From Tolypothrix carrinoi HA7290-LM1 (GTDB lineage: Bacteria; Cyanobacteriota; Cyanobacteriia; Cyanobacteriales; Nostocaceae): a stretch of 38,944 nt of DNA. The stretch spans positions 1 to 38,944 of the forward strand of contig JAHHIK010000081.1 of assembly GCA_019358935.1 (NCBI GenBank), read 5' to 3'. Under the pieces are notes generated by a model. The model was not told where the DNA came from, searched no databases, and was given only the letters and a program-made list of their open reading frames with translations. Of the stretch, positions 34,832 to 38,944 are shown in pieces (the first letter of the stretch is position 1; the number at the start of each line of letters is the position of its first letter). The position numbers were made by a program, and so were the translations under genes.

Positions 34832-36115
34832 ATGACACTTGATAATAACCAAAAACTTAGTTATATAAACTCCCAGTCTCCGGGACAGCCAGGAATGTCA
34901 CTAGCAGTTAACTCCACCAATCCCTTTAATCATTCCGGACTGAATTTCGGACAACATAACGATAGTAAAAGAATCCCTACTGAAGATCCCCGAATTGGCG
35001 ATATTGTTCCCGGTCGAGTCGCCAACATCAAAGTAATTGGCGTAGGTGGGGGTGGTGGAAATGCCGTAAACCGCATGATCGCCTCTGATGTGAGTGGAAT
35101 AGAGTTTTGGACAACAAACACCGATGCCCAAGCTTTAACACAAGCACAGGCTTCCAAACGCTTACAAATAGGACAAAAGCTGACGCGAGGTTTAGGCGCG
35201 GGTGGTAATCCGGCTATTGGTCAAAAAGCTGCTGAAGAATCGCGGGACGAAATTGCTACAGCTTTAGAAGGTGCCGATTTAGTGTTTATCACTGCCGGCA
35301 TGGGTGGCGGTACAGGTACGGGTGCAGCGCCAATTGTCGCTGAAATCGCCAAAGAAATGGGCGCTCTCACAGTCGGTGTGGTAACACGTCCATTTTTGTT
35401 TGAAGGACGCCGACGCACCAGCCAAGCCGAGCAAGGTATTGAAGCTCTTAAAGGTAGGGTAGATACGCTAATTATTATCCCAAATAACAAGCTGCTGGAA
35501 GTAATTCCAGAGCAAACGCCGATGCAAGAGGCTTTTCGCTATGCAGATGATGTATTGCGTCAAGGGGTGCAAGGCATCTCTGATATCATCTTGATCCCCG
35601 GTTTGATCAACGTTGACTTTGCCGATGTGCGAGCGGTGATGGCAGATGCAGGCTCGGCGCTGATGGGGATCGGTGTTAGTTCCGGGAAGTCAAGGGCAAG
35701 AGAAGCAGCGATCGCAGCTATTTCTTCGCCCTTACTAGAATGTTCTATTGAAGGAGCTAGAGGAGTTGTTTTTAATATTACTGGTGGTAGCGACCTCACC
35801 TTACATGAAGTCAATGCTGCCGCTGAAACAATCTACGAAGTAGTCGATCCCAACGCCAATATTATTTTTGGTGCGGTGATTGATGACAGGCTGCAAGGTG
35901 AAGTCAGGCTCACCGTAATTGCCACAGGATTTACAGGTGAAATGCAAGCCACACCACCGCAAAATGTCGCCAATCCTAGGGTAGTAACTCCACCACCACC
36001 AAGACGACAGGCACCTCAGCCACCAGTAAAAGAGCCAACACCAATTCCAGAACCCAAAGAAAAACCCGGATTGGATATTCCTGAGTTTCTGCAACGACGG
36101 CGACCCAAGCCTTAA
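34832..36115 (+). CDS. ftsZ: Cell division protein FtsZ
   Basis: [26 protein letters not shown] tubulin signature, C-terminal LDIPEFL; about 60-aa N-terminal extension. Confidence 0.99.
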   Translation: MTLDNNQKLSYINSQSPGQPGMSLAVNSTNPFNHSGLNFGQHNDSKRIPTEDPRIGDIVPGRVANIKVIGVGGGGGNAVNRMIASDVSGIEFWTTNTDAQALTQAQASKRLQIGQKLTRGLGAGGNPAIGQKAAEESRDEIATALEGADLVFITAGMGGGTGTGAAPIVAEIAKEMGALTVGVVTRPFLFEGRRRTSQAEQGIEALKGRVDTLIIIPNNKLLEVIPEQTPMQEAFRYADDVLRQGVQGISDIILIPGLINVDFADVRAVMADAGSALMGIGVSSGKSRAREAAIAAISSPLLECSIEGARGVVFNITGGSDLTLHEVNAAAETIYEVVDPNANIIFGAVIDDRLQGEVRLTVIATGFTGEMQATPPQNVANPRVVTPPPPRRQAPQPPVKEPTPIPEPKEKPGLDIPEFLQRRRPKP

Positions 36116-36495
36116 GCTGACAGGATTAGCTAGTAGCTTGCTCCCGCCTTAATTCCAGTTCCCAGGTTTCACCGGGAGCAGGGTTGACACTCCCCTGCCG
36201 TTTGCGCTCTTGGTTTCCCTCTCCTTGCAAAGACGCTGCGTGTGTTCTTTGCTCTTGGTTCGCTCTGCGTCAGCTTTCTTCGAGTCTTCAAGGTTCTTTT
36301 AGACGCTTCTGTTGGAGATGCTGCGGAGCGTCCCTTGTTTTGAGCGTCAGGGCTTGTTGCACTTCTGCTACCGCACAACAAGCGCTCCTAACACATCAGG
36401 AAAAAAAAGAAATTAAAAAACGCTTTCTTTTTTGCCTTTTTCCTTCTTACAAAGTTAGGCGGGACGGTACAGGCAACCGCCTTCATAGTGCGCTT

Positions 36496-37470
36496 TTAAC
36501 TTTTGCCGATTAAAGCTTGCTCAACCCATTGAATTACCTGTTGACCAAGGTGGGTGTTGTCTAGGCGATCGATTTCGCGAATTCCGGTGGGACTGGTGAC
36601 ATTGACTTCAGTCAGGTAGCCACCTATAACATCAATACCGACAAAAATCAAGCCGTCTTTACGTAGAGTTTCGGCTAATTGGGTACAAATTTCATACTCT
36701 CTAGGAGTAATTTCGGTTTGAGCAACTGTACCACCAGTCGCCATGTTATTCCGAAAGTCACTTCCAGAGGAAAGGCGATTGAGGGCACCAATTGGTTTTC
36801 CATCAAGCAAGATAATTCGTTTGTCTCCCTCTTTTGCTTGGGGTAGATAGGTTTGCACCATAACTGGAACGCGACCTAAAAGGGTACTGAGTTCGACAAT
36901 CGAGTTAAAATTGCGATCGCCTGCTTGCAAAAATAAAATCCCTTCTCCAGCTTTGTTACCCAATGGTTTGAGAACTGCTGCACCTTTTGCTTCCACAAAT
37001 TCCCGAATAAATTGCTTATCGGCACTGACAATAGTTTCTGGAATTGCTTTGGTAAACTGGAGGGCATACATTTTTTCGTTTGCCGCTCTAATTCCACTGG
37101 GACTATTAATCACCAGGGTTTTGTTTTGGTCGATGTAGTCCAGAATGTACGTAGCATAAAGATAGGGAACATTAACTGGTGGATCTGTCCGCATAAATAC
37201 GGCATCCATTGTTTCCAGGGAAGTTAAGGTACGTTGGCTCAACTTGTACCAAGGATTTGCCGCTAAATAGCGTCCTTGGACCAACTGCACTGGTACGAGT
37301 TCCACCCGTTCTAACAATGCCCAAGCTTTGCTATCTACCACACTCAGCAAATTTGCTTGAGTTACCCAAATTTCATGTCCCAAGATTTGCGCTGCTTCCA
37401 TCAGAGCAACGCTGGTATCATGACACGGGTCAAGAGTATGGATGGAATCTATTATAAAAGCCAGTTTCAC
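36496..37470 (-). CDS. gshB: Glutathione synthetase
   Basis: HDTSVALM, MRTDPP, ANEKMY, GDKRIIL, DFRNNMATGG, YLTEVNVTSPTG. Confidence 0.98.
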   Translation of the reverse strand: MKLAFIIDSIHTLDPCHDTSVALMEAAQILGHEIWVTQANLLSVVDSKAWALLERVELVPVQLVQGRYLAANPWYKLSQRTLTSLETMDAVFMRTDPPVNVPYLYATYILDYIDQNKTLVINSPSGIRAANEKMYALQFTKAIPETIVSADKQFIREFVEAKGAAVLKPLGNKAGEGILFLQAGDRNFNSIVELSTLLGRVPVMVQTYLPQAKEGDKRIILLDGKPIGALNRLSSGSDFRNNMATGGTVAQTEITPREYEICTQLAETLRKDGLIFVGIDVIGGYLTEVNVTSPTGIREIDRLDNTHLGQQVIQWVEQALIGKS

Positions 37471-37584
37471 GCTTAATGCCTCAATCGCCAGGAAATTCCG
37501 CTGTTATCAATTTAGATTATCCCCTGACGATTTGATTGATGTGCATAGCATTTTGTCGCAAGACATCGCACTCATATGATGAAC

Positions 37585-37857
37585 TTACACATTATTAGTT
37601 GCAGCTAGTAACTCATCTAGCTTGCCTTGGGCTTCTATTGCGTGTATATCATCACAACCACCTACATGGCGATCGTTGATGAAAATTTGCGGCACAGAGC
37701 GTCGTCCATTTGCCCTTTGAGCCATTTTATCGCGTGCTGCCTCGTCTCCATCAATGCTGTATTCAACAAATTCAACGCCTTTTCTTGCCAGTAAACTTTT
37801 GGCACGGATGCAAAACGGGCAAGTTCTCCAAGTGTAAATTTCTACTTTAGCAGCCAT
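37585..37857 (-). CDS. grxC: Glutaredoxin 3
   Basis: CPFC active site, RSVPQIFI, VGGCDD. Confidence 0.95.
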   Translation of the reverse strand: MAAKVEIYTWRTCPFCIRAKSLLARKGVEFVEYSIDGDEAARDKMAQRANGRRSVPQIFINDRHVGGCDDIHAIEAQGKLDELLAATNNV

Positions 37858-38189
37858 AACGCCCTCAACTTTATTTGATGCTTCTTAATTTTAGAACTTT
37901 GTCACTGGCTGTTGTAGCCGCTCTATCCCGTTTTCAGGTAATCCTCTTTCATCTGCTTCCTTAGTCGGTGATGATCTGCACTTTCTCAATAACGCATGAA
38001 AATTGCTTTTTCCTTTCTTCTGCTGTCTAGCTTGAAAAAGGCAGCGCGAGCAGCTTTGAGCCTAATAATAAAACAGCGGAGCCTTTTCGTCAGACATTGC
38101 CTGACGAAATCAGCACCGCTATGCTCCTTGTTTTTTAGATTCAGCAATCTTTTGATGAAAAGCTTAGTTTTTCCTAAAACTAAGTTTAT

Positions 38190-38820
38190 TTACTTCTGCA
38201 CATTTTTAGACTGGCGACGGCGGGCTGCTTTGACCATTCCACCCACAACTAGACCAAGACCTATGGAAGCACTCGGTTCTGGAACTCTAACTTTTGGGGG
38301 TACGGGGGGCTTTACGTAAGAAGCTACAAATAATGAAGCGTGAGACAGTTCCTTACCTTGTTTACCATTTCCAGCTAGAGCAACGCCAATGGTATTGAAG
38401 ACTCCTTGTAAACCTGTTTTCGTAAGATCAATGTCTTTAAACAGATAGGCGCTGTATTTGGTACTGCTCTTCAGGCTAATTACGAATGTACTAGGACCAC
38501 TGCCAAGTGCTTTACCTAGACTCCATGAGCCAGTATTATAGTCGTTTTGTGCTTTAAATCCAAAGAGATTGTTTTCGTTCGAGTCCGATTTACCAGCTAA
38601 CGACCAATTGACGTTAGAACCAAGATCGAATAAACCGTTGTTCAACTGAGTAAGTAAGGGATTTCCTGCCCCTGTGTCATTACCATCAAAAGGTCCCTTA
38701 CAAGCTGTAGCATTAGTTTTTCCAATTGAGACATTAGTAAGACTACAAGCGACATTAGAAGTAGAGCTTGTAGTGGTCGTGTTGGAAGTGGTGCTGCCAG
38801 TATTGCTGGTACTGGTGTTA
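38190..38820 (-). pseudogene. PEP-CTERM sorting-domain protein, 5' end cut off by an insertion
   Basis: C-terminal VPEPSASIGLGLVVGGMVKAARRR. The frame stays open upstream of 38645 (NTSTSNTGSTTSN..ACSLTNV..ACKGPFDGNDTG) up to a stop at 38832-38834, with no ATG or signal peptide. Confidence 0.8.
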
Positions 38821-38944
38821 CTCCCTTCCCATTAGAAGATTACCTAAACTAATCGATAAATGTGTTTAATAGTATTTTGAATTTGTTCAGGGGTTTGAAG
38901 ATTCTTAGTAGCTAGAAAACTTTCTAGCTTTTCTCTAACAAGTT
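38819..38944 (-). mobile_element. Right end of an IS630-family element (transposase C-terminus, partial)
   Basis: Minus-strand frame 38942-38844 reads LVREKLESFLATKNLQTPEQIQNTIKHIYRLV*, resembling cyanobacterial IS630 transposase C-termini. The element ends ..ATGGGAAGGGAG|TA at a TA (38819-38820). Confidence 0.7.

Larger units (their letters stand above)
628..36920. repeat. Dispersed HIP1 octamers GCGATCGC
   Basis: Many copies, e.g. 628, 6061, 6842, 7259, 7402, 7670, 8339, 8496, 9861, 20411, 31956, 32068, 34221. Confidence 0.95.

Noticed and set aside
1683..35814. Numerous antisense or alternate-frame ORFs inside ndh, ycf48, lysR, trxB, psbO, STAND and ftsZ genes
   Set aside because: They overlap well-supported genes and have no independent evidence.
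36169..36513. 109-aa and 70-aa ORFs between ftsZ and gshB
   Set aside because: Cys/Arg-rich translation of a GC-rich hairpin region.
37996..38319. 107-aa plus-strand ORF
   Set aside because: Antisense to the PEP-CTERM gene end and spans its 3' hairpin (TTTCGTCAG/CTGACGAAA); no motifs.

Overview
Chromosomal segment of a filamentous, probably heterocyst-forming cyanobacterium. The evidence is abundant HIP1 octamers (GCGATCGC), heptamer STRR-type repeats and an FtsZ with a long N-terminal extension. The backbone reads: end of a 5S rRNA gene, ndhCKJ, rubA-ycf48-psbEFLJ, psaI, a large hypothetical protein, two conserved genes (one a PilP-like lipoprotein), sigF, psbO, ftsQ, ftsZ, gshB and grxC. 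psbF, psbL, psbJ and psaI are missing from the ORF track and were translated by hand. Other cargo: (i) a Uma2 gene and a decayed membrane-protein gene after the rRNA; (ii) a LysR-divergent redox cassette (DsbA/FrnE, FAD monooxygenase, TrxB-like protein lacking CxxC); (iii) two adjacent two-gene STAND/NLR-like modules, CHAT-TIR-ATPase plus ATPase-TM-coiled coil-WD40, and ATPase plus degenerate ATPase-TPR-nSTAND-TM-WD40; (iv) an IS630-like end that truncates a PEP-CTERM gene at the right edge. The spacers around ftsQ/ftsZ are long and full of nested hairpins and small repeat elements. The best candidates for an undescribed system are the membrane-anchored STAND-WD40 receptor paired with a CHAT+TIR effector ATPase, and the sigF-linked PilP-like lipoprotein. 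All family assignments come from motif recognition by eye; no searches were run.
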